The notes beneath the pieces were generated by a model. It was not told where the DNA came from, did no database searches, and worked only from the letters and a program-made list of their open reading frames with translations. Position numbers and translations under genes: made by a program. Source: a virus (lineage: Duplodnaviria; Caudoviricetes). From it: DNA of 64,000 nucleotides. Where the stretch lies: the IMG/VR virus record IMGVR_UViG_3300025679_000005; one strand, 5' to 3'. This document shows positions 28,151-36,813 of this stretch, in pieces; within the stretch, counting starts at the first letter, position 1; every line of letters starts with the position of its first letter.

Positions 28151-29094
28151 AAAGCGACAACTTCTACATCTCCTACTCCGGCTACAAGAAGTACGAGACC
28201 TGCAATTACGCCTATTGGAACAGCTACGTTGCTGAGACGAAGGTGGTGGGCCCGGACGACCGCCTAGGTTCTATCTACGGCTCAGTGGTAGGGCAGCTGT
28301 TTGAGCAGTTCTACATGGATCAGCTCTGGCGTAAAGACAACGCACAGGCAATTCTGGTCTCTAGGATTGAAGGCCAAGTGGACACGGCCATCAAAAAAGA
28401 GACAACCCCCTCAAGGTACGGCAAGGGTGGTGTATTGCTGTGGAAGGGTGATGGTGAAGGCCAGAGCCCGTACGGCATGTACGAGAGCAAAGAAGAGCTG
28501 GTAGCGGACATTAGAGATACGATCCCTAGAGGGTTTCGTATTATCCGGCATCATCGTTTGCTGGGGCCTAGGGCAGAGGCGGAGACCAAGCTCGACTTCA
28601 GGGCTCCCAACGGGGATATCTGGGGCGGCCGATCAGACTTTATCATCCAACGTGCCAAACCCCACGAAGACCTAGTCATCATTGACGGCAAGGGCTCGAA
28701 GCATCGAGATAAGTACGTGGATCCTACCCAGCTTCAGTGGTATTCCATGCTATATAAGCTGAACTTTGGCTCGGCGCCAGATCGGTTGGCTTTCTTGTTT
28801 TGGCGCTACGAGCCGACGGAGAGCATGGATTGGGTGGACACCTCTGACAATGAAATACAGAGCCTATTCATTCAGGTCCGGGACACGATTGAGGAGATCA
28901 AGGACCGCAAGAAGCGGGCTTTGCCTGTGATGCCGTTCGCCAAAGCTAGGGAGGTTTTTCCCGTGAAAGCCAACAAGGAAAACTGCCGATTCTGCCCATA
29001 CGCCACCGAGGAAATATGTCCGAAGGGCGCTAAGATCCAGCAGGAGATCAAGTCGCAACAAGAGGCCACACGAGCCAAGAGCAAAAAACCATGA
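28147..29094 (+). CDS. PD-(D/E)XK nuclease with a four-Cys (Fe-S staple-like) arrangement
   Basis: YETC near the N-terminus; GRSD...IIDGK...QLQWY; CRFCPYATEEIC. Confidence 0.82.
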   Translation: MKSDNFYISYSGYKKYETCNYAYWNSYVAETKVVGPDDRLGSIYGSVVGQLFEQFYMDQLWRKDNAQAILVSRIEGQVDTAIKKETTPSRYGKGGVLLWKGDGEGQSPYGMYESKEELVADIRDTIPRGFRIIRHHRLLGPRAEAETKLDFRAPNGDIWGGRSDFIIQRAKPHEDLVIIDGKGSKHRDKYVDPTQLQWYSMLYKLNFGSAPDRLAFLFWRYEPTESMDWVDTSDNEIQSLFIQVRDTIEEIKDRKKRALPVMPFAKAREVFPVKANKENCRFCPYATEEICPKGAKIQQEIKSQQEATRAKSKKP

Positions 29095-29363
29095 ACTCAC
29101 TAGATCAAATACGAGAAAAGGTCGAAGAACTAAGCAAGCGGTACAAGGTCGCTGCCAACAAGAAGTCCACTCTGAGTGGGCTTCTTCAAGCCAAGAAGGA
29201 AGAACTCGCGACTCTGAAGAAGGAAATAGAGGACGCAGGGTACGACCCGAAGCGCCTTAAGGAAGAGCGCGACCGCCTCCAACAAGAGATGGTCGCGATG
29301 ATAGAGGATTTCGACAAGAGACTAGGCGAAGTCGAGACTGCTTTGGCAGCCTTCGGTAATTGA
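29091..29363 (+). CDS. Small coiled-coil protein
   Basis: 90 aa with a continuous heptad pattern. Confidence 0.7.
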   Translation: MNSLDQIREKVEELSKRYKVAANKKSTLSGLLQAKKEELATLKKEIEDAGYDPKRLKEERDRLQQEMVAMIEDFDKRLGEVETALAAFGN

Positions 29364-29381
29364 GAAGAGAGAAGATACCAG

Positions 29382-30632
29382 ATGAAAATTCGTACCACAG
29401 TCGAGAATCTGAACCAAGCGTTCGAAATAGCGGGCATCGTCACGCCGAAGTTGAAGAACAACTCGGACGCAGCTTTTCTGATCGCCAACCATGGGGGCAA
29501 GCTGTATGTACACTCCCACGACGGGATTCGTGCAACTCGAACTGAGCTTAAGTTCGACTCCTTAGAGGGCGAAGGTGCCTTCGCGTTCCCCAACGACAAA
29601 GTCGGCTCTCTCAAGTACGTGGACGGTTGGATTGAACTGGAATCCGGTCATGACGATAAGCGCCATTGGGTCAAGTACACTACAGAAGGTGGCGCCAAGG
29701 TAGACATCGCCTCCTACGACCCAGACGCCTACGCCACCCTCGTGCGAAATCTTAGCGAGACCACTGAGGAGCGCCTGTACCTCACGGCCATTCTTCGGGA
29801 CGCCTTCAAGACGGTCTTCGGGTTCACCCCAAGGGGCACCGACAAGGATAAGGCTCCGGACTTTTACAGCACCTTACAGATCTTCGACGCCAGTAAGCCC
29901 GAGTGGTTAAGCGGCGACGGTGTGATGCTGGGGGCTGACGGTACCCGGGCAGCCTTTTTCTCATGTGAGGCTTTGAAGGGCAAAGGCCTTGGGGTGCATA
30001 CTGATCACCTCTCGTACCTTACAGATTTCTTGGCCAAATGCGGCCCAACGGTCAAGGTGAAGTTCGGGGAAGCCATGAACTTCCTGATTGAGCTTATCCC
30101 TGAAGAGGATGGTACCTTCACCGAGGGGGCCGTCATTGGTTGGGTGAGCCATGTCACGACACACGCTAAGTACAAGTACTACGCCACTAGTGAGGACCAC
30201 GCTGTTCTGATGGTGCCCAGGGACATGATGGTGAAGTCTCTGAGCCATATCAGATCCCTGCTCTCTGGGAATCAGCCTAAGATTCGTTTGATTTTGAAGG
30301 ACGGCTTCTTGAACTTCAAGTCAAATGACGGAGGCAACAGCCTGACAAGCGCTCCTGTAGGGGTGGACCTTCTCGCCTTGGATGATAAGTCTCCGTCGGT
30401 GGCAGGATTTGAGTGCAATGCCGACGCAGACCGGCTGGTGGACCTGTTCTCTTCTGCGAAAGGGCATGAAGTCGAGTTCCGCATTGCTCTAGTAGCTGAG
30501 AGCAAGCATCACAAATCAGGGGCCTTCTTTCGGACCTTCGATCGTTTCCGCTTGAATACTGAGGGTGCCGTAGTCATCTCTCCTGAGGACTCCTACGAAT
30601 GCCTAGTGACTCGATTCACGCCTTCGGTGTGA
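29382..30632 (+). CDS. dnaN: DNA polymerase III beta-clamp-like protein
   Basis: MKIRTTVENL...LYVHSHDG...GEGAFAF...ASYDPDAY; three-domain alpha/beta periodicity; genome also has holA, holB and dnaX. Confidence 0.7.
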   Translation: MKIRTTVENLNQAFEIAGIVTPKLKNNSDAAFLIANHGGKLYVHSHDGIRATRTELKFDSLEGEGAFAFPNDKVGSLKYVDGWIELESGHDDKRHWVKYTTEGGAKVDIASYDPDAYATLVRNLSETTEERLYLTAILRDAFKTVFGFTPRGTDKDKAPDFYSTLQIFDASKPEWLSGDGVMLGADGTRAAFFSCEALKGKGLGVHTDHLSYLTDFLAKCGPTVKVKFGEAMNFLIELIPEEDGTFTEGAVIGWVSHVTTHAKYKYYATSEDHAVLMVPRDMMVKSLSHIRSLLSGNQPKIRLILKDGFLNFKSNDGGNSLTSAPVGVDLLALDDKSPSVAGFECNADADRLVDLFSSAKGHEVEFRIALVAESKHHKSGAFFRTFDRFRLNTEGAVVISPEDSYECLVTRFTPSV

Positions 30633-31276
30633 GGGTCAAGAACGCGGAAGCTGCGGCTACTCGGCTGGTTACCTTGAAAGGCAGGGTAACCGCCGAGCTT
30701 GCAGCTAAAGAAGCGGAGGTGACTCACCTTGACCAAGAGATCGAAATCCTGGGCAAGGTGGTAGAGCTTTTTCGCGTTCTGCTGGATCAGCTCGTCGAGA
30801 AGCAGGTGCGATCCGTCGAAAAGGTCGCAACCGAGGGCCTTCAGACGATTTTTACAGACCAGATTCTCAGCTTGGAGTCCGAGGTGGCCCCCAAGCATAA
30901 CAAGATCTCCGTGGATTTCTTCGTCCGTAGGGGTCTCAAGGGCAGCCCACGGTCACATCGGGGGAAGCCCCTGGAAGCTTTCGGCGGCGGGCCTGCCACG
31001 GTCATATCCTTGATTCTGAGGGTATTGGCGGTAAAGCGTTTGAACCTTTGGCCGGTACTAGTCTTGGACGAGTCTCTGGGCGCCGTGTCTGATGAGTATG
31101 TCGACCATACTAGTCAGTTCCTACGGGGTATTGCTGAAAAGCTGGGTTTCGACCTGCTTTTGGTCACCCACAAGCCCGCCTTCAAGGAATACGCACATAA
31201 TGTGTACCGTTGCTCCGAAGCCTTCGAGGAAGACGGTGTAACATCCTTCCTGGTAGTGAAGAAGGTACCCTCTTGA
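30629..31276 (+). CDS. SbcC/Rad50-like ATPase, C-terminal half
   Basis: Coiled coil, degenerate signature AFGGG, Walker B LVLDESL, H-loop LVTH; GTGA-coupled start. Confidence 0.85.
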   Translation: MRVKNAEAAATRLVTLKGRVTAELAAKEAEVTHLDQEIEILGKVVELFRVLLDQLVEKQVRSVEKVATEGLQTIFTDQILSLESEVAPKHNKISVDFFVRRGLKGSPRSHRGKPLEAFGGGPATVISLILRVLAVKRLNLWPVLVLDESLGAVSDEYVDHTSQFLRGIAEKLGFDLLLVTHKPAFKEYAHNVYRCSEAFEEDGVTSFLVVKKVPS

Positions 31277-31815
31277 AAGATCCCACGGAAATACTTGCCC
31301 GAGCAAAGGGCCTGTTGTGTGCGGAGCTGGACCGTCGAGTGCAGAACGCCTCCAAGCGCCTGCCGCATATGTGTGCGAACAATTACCGGCAGCCTCTGGA
31401 TGGGCGCAAGACGGTTGAGGGGGTTGCCAACTCCAACTACAACCGGGTGTCCTTGCCTCTAGCGAGCACCATCGGTTTATGTATGCTGGGGTCAGAGGAT
31501 CCAGAGCAGTGGCAGGGGACGATTTGTGAAGACCCGATTGATGCTCAGAAGTGCCCTTACTTCTCATCAACCATGACTAAAGATCAGGTCTTTAACGAAT
31601 TCCTGGAGCAGACCTCTAACCCGGAGTGGTTAGAGGAGAACATGCCTGGAGTTTCCGAACTGTTGTGGGCAGCAGGACACTCCAAGTCTGTGGCACTGCC
31701 TTTCTGGAAACGTGTTATGATGCTGTTTACTAGGATCAAGGTTGAGCCTATTGTTAGAGTGCCCGATCTGACACCCCTCCTGACGGCTCCGAAGCATGAA
31801 GATCTCCGTTCTTGA
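31273..31815 (+). CDS. Cys-containing hypothetical protein
   Basis: TTG start overlapping the upstream TGA; six Cys residues. Confidence 0.6.
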   Translation: MKDPTEILARAKGLLCAELDRRVQNASKRLPHMCANNYRQPLDGRKTVEGVANSNYNRVSLPLASTIGLCMLGSEDPEQWQGTICEDPIDAQKCPYFSSTMTKDQVFNEFLEQTSNPEWLEENMPGVSELLWAAGHSKSVALPFWKRVMMLFTRIKVEPIVRVPDLTPLLTAPKHEDLRS

Positions 31816-32419
31816 ACGCATGCTCACTGCGGAGCGTATGCGCCAGAAGGCCTCTTTCGCCCCACCGGTAGCAAATCGGCGAGCAGCGACTCATGACGAG
31901 GGGCCTTGGGTCGTAACGAACACCAAAGGTGATGTGGTCTTGACCAGACTGCAGCACGACCCTAAGTTCGAAGAGGACTTTGTCTTGCAGGGTTTTTTTG
32001 ATTGCCCTATTGATGAGGAGAGCCCGTTAGTCAGCAGGCTCTACGAGACTCTGTGGTCCTCGTCCAAGAAGCACGGGTGGGGTAACCGCTGCGAGGACTT
32101 GAAGGATTCGGCCGCCAAGATGGCTTCCTTGGGGTATGCCCCCAAGTGGCTACTGATATCACACTCTGAGGTATCGGAGGTTTGTGGTGGGGAACTCACT
32201 CCGGAAGATGTCGAGAAGCTGACTTTGATCAAGGGATACGTGGCGGAGGTGGACTCGGTCAAGGTGTTGGTCACTGACGCTTTACCTGAGGGTGCCGCTA
32301 TCTTAGGGGCCATGCCAAGTTTAGTGGGCCATTATATGCGTTCCTACGACTTCCTATCCATCTTGTTGGCTGGGGTTAACCGTACCATCGTATTGGTGGG
32401 CCATGACACGGTGGATTGA
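31796..32419 (+). CDS. Hypothetical protein, possibly capsid (HK97-fold) derived
   Basis: C-terminal KGYVAEVDSVKVLVTDALPEGAAILGAMPSLVG resembles capsid A-domain patterns. Confidence 0.5.
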   Translation: MKISVLERMLTAERMRQKASFAPPVANRRAATHDEGPWVVTNTKGDVVLTRLQHDPKFEEDFVLQGFFDCPIDEESPLVSRLYETLWSSSKKHGWGNRCEDLKDSAAKMASLGYAPKWLLISHSEVSEVCGGELTPEDVEKLTLIKGYVAEVDSVKVLVTDALPEGAAILGAMPSLVGHYMRSYDFLSILLAGVNRTIVLVGHDTVD

Positions 32420-33104
32420 CACCTTAGTCGACTTCTCAGTGTCAAACTTGACAGAGCGTGTGTACGGGGAACTCTGGTCACGCGGGGTCTCGGACTCTCA
32501 AATAGTCGAGTACCGAATAGGGTACCTGAACAAGCGTCTCCCACAGTTGGAGGGTGCCGAGGAATTCCTGGAGTGGTGCTGGCAGGGGAAGCGCCTTGAC
32601 GACATGTTCGTATTCCCAATGACCAATGCTTTGGGTCAGGTCAAGGGGGTACAGTTTCGTCACGTTGAGCGTAAATCTAAGGGGTACATAGACTATTTGA
32701 CGGATCACGACGAGCCTGTGTTATTCGGGCTGGCCCAGGCAATGCCTCACGTATGGCGCACCCAAGCCATCTGGCTAGTAGAGGGGGGATTCGACATGTT
32801 TCCTGTCCAGAGGGTGTTCCCGAACGTAATCCCTACGATGACGGCTTCAGTGTCCACGGCGTTGATGCGCTTTTTGAAGCGCAATGTTCGTGATGTTTGG
32901 CTAGGGTATGATACAGATTCAGCGGGCTACAAGGGCGCTCGGGATGTGGCCGCGCAAGCCACCACCGACTTCCAAGTGCATATCCCGAAGCTACCTAGGC
33001 TGAAGTTCTTTGATGGCCGCCAAACTAAGGACCCAGCGGACCTGTGGGAAGTCCTGGGGGACGACCGATTCGGTGTATACTTACGAAACCAAGTAGGCGT
33101 TTAG
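32403..33104 (+). CDS. dnaG: DnaG-like primase catalytic core only
   Basis: SRGVS...IGY, FPM, LFGL, WLVEGGFD, GYDTDSAG, KDPAD; no N-terminal zinc domain. Confidence 0.85.
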   Translation: MTRWIDTLVDFSVSNLTERVYGELWSRGVSDSQIVEYRIGYLNKRLPQLEGAEEFLEWCWQGKRLDDMFVFPMTNALGQVKGVQFRHVERKSKGYIDYLTDHDEPVLFGLAQAMPHVWRTQAIWLVEGGFDMFPVQRVFPNVIPTMTASVSTALMRFLKRNVRDVWLGYDTDSAGYKGARDVAAQATTDFQVHIPKLPRLKFFDGRQTKDPADLWEVLGDDRFGVYLRNQVGV

Positions 33105-33123
33105 CCTAAACGGAGAGAACCAA

Positions 33124-33618
33124 ATGTCCAAAATATATAGCGAAGCTGAAGACGTTGCGCAGATTGCCTCAGGTCTGATCCCGAACTTCCACCCTGAACT
33201 AGCGGAGGCCCGCATAAGTTACGTGTACGTGGACAAGGCCTCGAACAAAGGGGGCCGCGCCCTCTATGGCAAAGTGAAGAAGTTCAGTGGCTACTTTGAG
33301 TGGGCCCTGGAGCGAGACTTCGTAGTCGAGGTGGCCGCGGACTTGTGGCAGGAACTGTCTGACCCTCAGAAGACGGCCCTGGTGGACCACCTTCTGGAGC
33401 ATGTCACAGGCGAGGAAGACGAGAAGACCGGCGTCATGAACTGGCTAACTCGGGAACCCGATGTCCAGGAGTTCTCGTCTATCCTGAATCGTCACGGCGC
33501 TTGGCACCAGGCTTTGGCAGGCTTTGCTTCGATTGCTCAGAAGCTCGATCTGAGTAGCCTTGTCGAGACTGAGGAAGAAAACCTCGCTGAGGGTCTTCTA
33601 GAAACAACCGAGAGCTGA
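33124..33618 (+). CDS. Phage metallopeptidase-like protein with degenerate motif
   Basis: ALVDHLLEH ... EPDVQEFSSILNRHG, compared with the family-type HEL.H / HD.EEF...V.R.G. Confidence 0.7.
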   Translation: MSKIYSEAEDVAQIASGLIPNFHPELAEARISYVYVDKASNKGGRALYGKVKKFSGYFEWALERDFVVEVAADLWQELSDPQKTALVDHLLEHVTGEEDEKTGVMNWLTREPDVQEFSSILNRHGAWHQALAGFASIAQKLDLSSLVETEEENLAEGLLETTES

Positions 33619-33619
33619 C

Positions 33620-35011
33620 GTGTGGGACATCAAGTATCGCCCAGTACGTTTCAGTGACGTACTGGGGCAGGAGAGTACCGCCCAGATTCTCAAGTTACGA
33701 CTGACTAAGGGGACTGCCTTTGACACGTCGTACATCTTCAGCGGTGGTCACGGTCAAGGTAAGACGACTTTGGCACGTATTCTGGCTAGATCCATGCTTT
33801 GCACGGATCTTCAGTCAGACGGCGAGCCCTGCAATGTCTGTGATATGTGCAAGGAAGTCCTCGCAGACGCCAACCCAGCCTTCACTGAAACTGACGCGGC
33901 CTCTAACGGCACCATCGACCATATACGGAAGATCGTTAGCGACCTTCCGTTCGCGATCAAGGGGGCTGACAAGCGCATATACCTCTTCGATGAGATGCAT
34001 CGCATGGGTCCTGCTTCCCAGGATGTCTTGCTTAAGCCCATAGAGGACAAGAAGCTGGTCGGTATTTTTTGCACAACAGAGGCTGTGAAGATTCGAGGGA
34101 CTATCCGTTCCAGGTGTGAAGAGTACAAGATCCGCAACATCACTAGGGAGGACATCCTTGGTAGGATGCGGTTGATCCTGACCCAAGAACAGATCGAATT
34201 TGAAGAGGACGCGGTCCTCACTGTTATTGACCATTCCCATGGGCATGTCCGGGATGTGGTCAATAAGCTGGAGATGATCGCCCAATTGGGGCCTATTCGA
34301 CTTGAAGCAGTAAGAGAATACTTGAGTTTGTCTGTGGTTTCGATGTACTATGAGATCTTACTCTCATTAGGAAATCCGGCAGTCGCTGTCAAACTAGCTG
34401 AAACTGCCTGTGATCAAGTAGGTCCTGACGCAGTCTACGAAGGTTTGGCAGAAGCAGCCATGACATCCTACCGGATGGCCAACCGTATGTATGTGGACTA
34501 CACCTATGTGGACAGGATCTTGGCTGATAAGGTGCAAGCTCAATACAAGGACGCCTTGTTGCAGCTAACTGAGCACTTTGTGGCCGCACCCCCTAAGGCA
34601 GGGCGGATCCGCCTCCTGTGTGACATTCTGGCTTGCTCGACTGGTGTTCCCTCCAAGGCAGTGGTTACCAAAGTACAGGTCCAGGTGGCGGCTCCCATTA
34701 TCTTGGACAGCCCACCAGTGCCCGTCCTAAACCCCCCTCAGCTGGCAGTAGCAGTGCTGGCTGACCTCATAAAACCCCCCTCCATACCTTCTACTGAGCG
34801 CACCTCAAAGGTAGGCAACTTGGGTTCTGACGATGCTTGCGCACTCACATCGTTGGATGAAAAAGCGATACGCCAGGACATGCCTAGGGGCACCTCGGAA
34901 AGTGTGAGGCCCTCAAAGGATGTCCCCAAAGGTAAAGCGGACCTGCTGACGCACGACGAGTGGAGTCGTGCTATCTATCAGAGGATGGATATTTTTGGTA
35001 TGGGGGTCTAA
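33620..35011 (+). CDS. dnaX: Clamp loader gamma/tau subunit
   Basis: KYRPVRFSDVLGQ, GGHGQGKTTLARI, C...EPCNVC..C, YLFDEMH, TIRSRC, GHVRD. Confidence 0.93.
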   Translation: MWDIKYRPVRFSDVLGQESTAQILKLRLTKGTAFDTSYIFSGGHGQGKTTLARILARSMLCTDLQSDGEPCNVCDMCKEVLADANPAFTETDAASNGTIDHIRKIVSDLPFAIKGADKRIYLFDEMHRMGPASQDVLLKPIEDKKLVGIFCTTEAVKIRGTIRSRCEEYKIRNITREDILGRMRLILTQEQIEFEEDAVLTVIDHSHGHVRDVVNKLEMIAQLGPIRLEAVREYLSLSVVSMYYEILLSLGNPAVAVKLAETACDQVGPDAVYEGLAEAAMTSYRMANRMYVDYTYVDRILADKVQAQYKDALLQLTEHFVAAPPKAGRIRLLCDILACSTGVPSKAVVTKVQVQVAAPIILDSPPVPVLNPPQLAVAVLADLIKPPSIPSTERTSKVGNLGSDDACALTSLDEKAIRQDMPRGTSESVRPSKDVPKGKADLLTHDEWSRAIYQRMDIFGMGV

Positions 35012-36813
35012 TGGGCGAGTCTTGGGTAGTACTGGAACTCAGTTCGCGAAGCGATCAGGAGGATCCTGATGTGGTTAAAGCGGCAATCGTCCGTTCATTG
35101 AAACGAGCCGAGGTGTTCATACCTGCGGCAGTGACACAGATAGGTGAGGATCGCTCTGTGCACGTTTTGATGGAAGGGTATGCCTTCGTGCGCCTTGACC
35201 GCGCTCCCCAGGACTACTTTAGGCTGGAGAATACCAAGTACGTCCAAGCTGTACTGGCTTTACCTGGGGCTAATGGACGCCACCGCAAGCTCTCAACCGT
35301 AGACGACTCCGCCATTGCGAAGATGAGGGAGCAAATACGATTGCTGGTGGACCAGGGGATCAGCGTGGGGGATACCGTACGTATCACCTCTGGGCCATAC
35401 CGTAACATGCAGGCGGAAGTGGTGGAGGAGATACCCGAGGAAGGGAAAGTGCAGGTTTACATCAAATTGCGCTCCAAGCAGAGCCTGGTGGCATTGCCCA
35501 GGTCTTTCCTAGTGGTGGTCGAACGCGCACCTCTGTCGACAGTCAGTGGGCGCATCAACGTTTTGCGGGATTGGGCCTTAGCCGCACACCCTATAATCAA
35601 GTGGACCGCCGACTGGGCCTCTTTGGAGAAAGCGTATAAGCAGTATGCCAGGGTAGAGACACTACGTCGGCAGATGGCGCTCCTTATCGAGACGCGCATT
35701 TTCGATATCACCTATCCCAAGGAACTGGCTGATTTATCGAACAGGTGTCAGGTGGTGGGTGCCCTCCAACGGTGGGAGACTCAAATACGTCTCCTGGAGA
35801 GTTACATCGGATTCTATCAGGGAATTCCCAGCGGGGAAGACTTGGCTACGGCCCACGGCAAGGTAGCGGAGTTGCTCTGGATTGACGAAGTCCTTGGAAA
35901 GATACGCTCGCTCTGGGAGGATGTTGAGAGCATATCCAGGGCTTTAGCTCACAGGCAGGAAAAAGAGATGGTCGAAAACGTGATTGTAGATGGGCACAAT
36001 CTAGCCTGTCGTTGTGCCTATGCCCCTGGGATCTCCAATTTGATGGACAGTCAAGGGCGCCCAACAGGGGTGATTATCGGCTTCCTGCGTAGCCTGGGCT
36101 CTTTGAAGAAGCGCTACCCCGACGCAGTCCTCTACGTCACCTGGGACGGTTCCTCGAAGCGGCGCCGGGCTAGATTTTCTGAGTACAAGGCCCAACGCAA
36201 CTCGATTCCTCCGGATATCAGGGTCTTGAAGGAACTACTCCCTTTGGTTGGAGTTCGTCAAGCTTGGAATCCTGACGAAGAGGCGGACGATGTCATTGCT
36301 ACTTTGACGCGCCGTGACTTGGCCAAGCAACGAAATGTGATGTTCTCGACCGATAAAGATTTACTGCAATTGGTCAATGACGAGACTTCACTTCTGATCC
36401 CGCCGGTCGGGTCGCGCAACGAGATCCTGTTTGACCCGACTACTGTTCTCGAAGCAGTGGGGGTAGCACCCTCTAAAATGGTGCAATTAAGAGCTTTCTA
36501 CGGGGACACCTCGGACAATATCCCTGGCGTCCCTAGGGTACCTAAGAAGGTCCTCCGTTCGTTAGTCCAAGCACACGGCTCTGTAGAAGCAGTCTACAGG
36601 TCAGGACTCACAGGGTTGACCAAGGGTCAATATGAGAGGTTGCGCAGTGCCGAACCTCAAGTCAAAATAAATGTGGAGCTGATGTCTCTGGTGGACGTGG
36701 TTGTCGAAGTCACCATGCCAGACACGGATCCTAATGCCGCTGCCTCAATCCTAACGGAATATGAGATACAGCCGGGTAGTTTGCTAGAGACGTTTTTTAG
36801 GAGGTCCCTGTAA
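35011..36813 (+). CDS. Fusion of NusG-like NGN+KOW, a helical linker and a 5'-3' exonuclease (FEN/PolI-like)
   Basis: LMEGYAFVR; ISVGDTVRITSGPY; VIVDGHNL, VTWDG, EADDVIATL, STDKDLLQL, GDTSDNIPGV. Possible internal ATG at 35968. Confidence 0.88.
   Translation: MGESWVVLELSSRSDQEDPDVVKAAIVRSLKRAEVFIPAAVTQIGEDRSVHVLMEGYAFVRLDRAPQDYFRLENTKYVQAVLALPGANGRHRKLSTVDDSAIAKMREQIRLLVDQGISVGDTVRITSGPYRNMQAEVVEEIPEEGKVQVYIKLRSKQSLVALPRSFLVVVERAPLSTVSGRINVLRDWALAAHPIIKWTADWASLEKAYKQYARVETLRRQMALLIETRIFDITYPKELADLSNRCQVVGALQRWETQIRLLESYIGFYQGIPSGEDLATAHGKVAELLWIDEVLGKIRSLWEDVESISRALAHRQEKEMVENVIVDGHNLACRCAYAPGISNLMDSQGRPTGVIIGFLRSLGSLKKRYPDAVLYVTWDGSSKRRRARFSEYKAQRNSIPPDIRVLKELLPLVGVRQAWNPDEEADDVIATLTRRDLAKQRNVMFSTDKDLLQLVNDETSLLIPPVGSRNEILFDPTTVLEAVGVAPSKMVQLRAFYGDTSDNIPGVPRVPKKVLRSLVQAHGSVEAVYRSGLTGLTKGQYERLRSAEPQVKINVELMSLVDVVVEVTMPDTDPNAAASILTEYEIQPGSLLETFFRRSL

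Noticed and set aside
28147-29094. Cas4 as part of a CRISPR-Cas locus
   Set aside because: No cas1/cas2 or array seen; it lies in a recombination operon.
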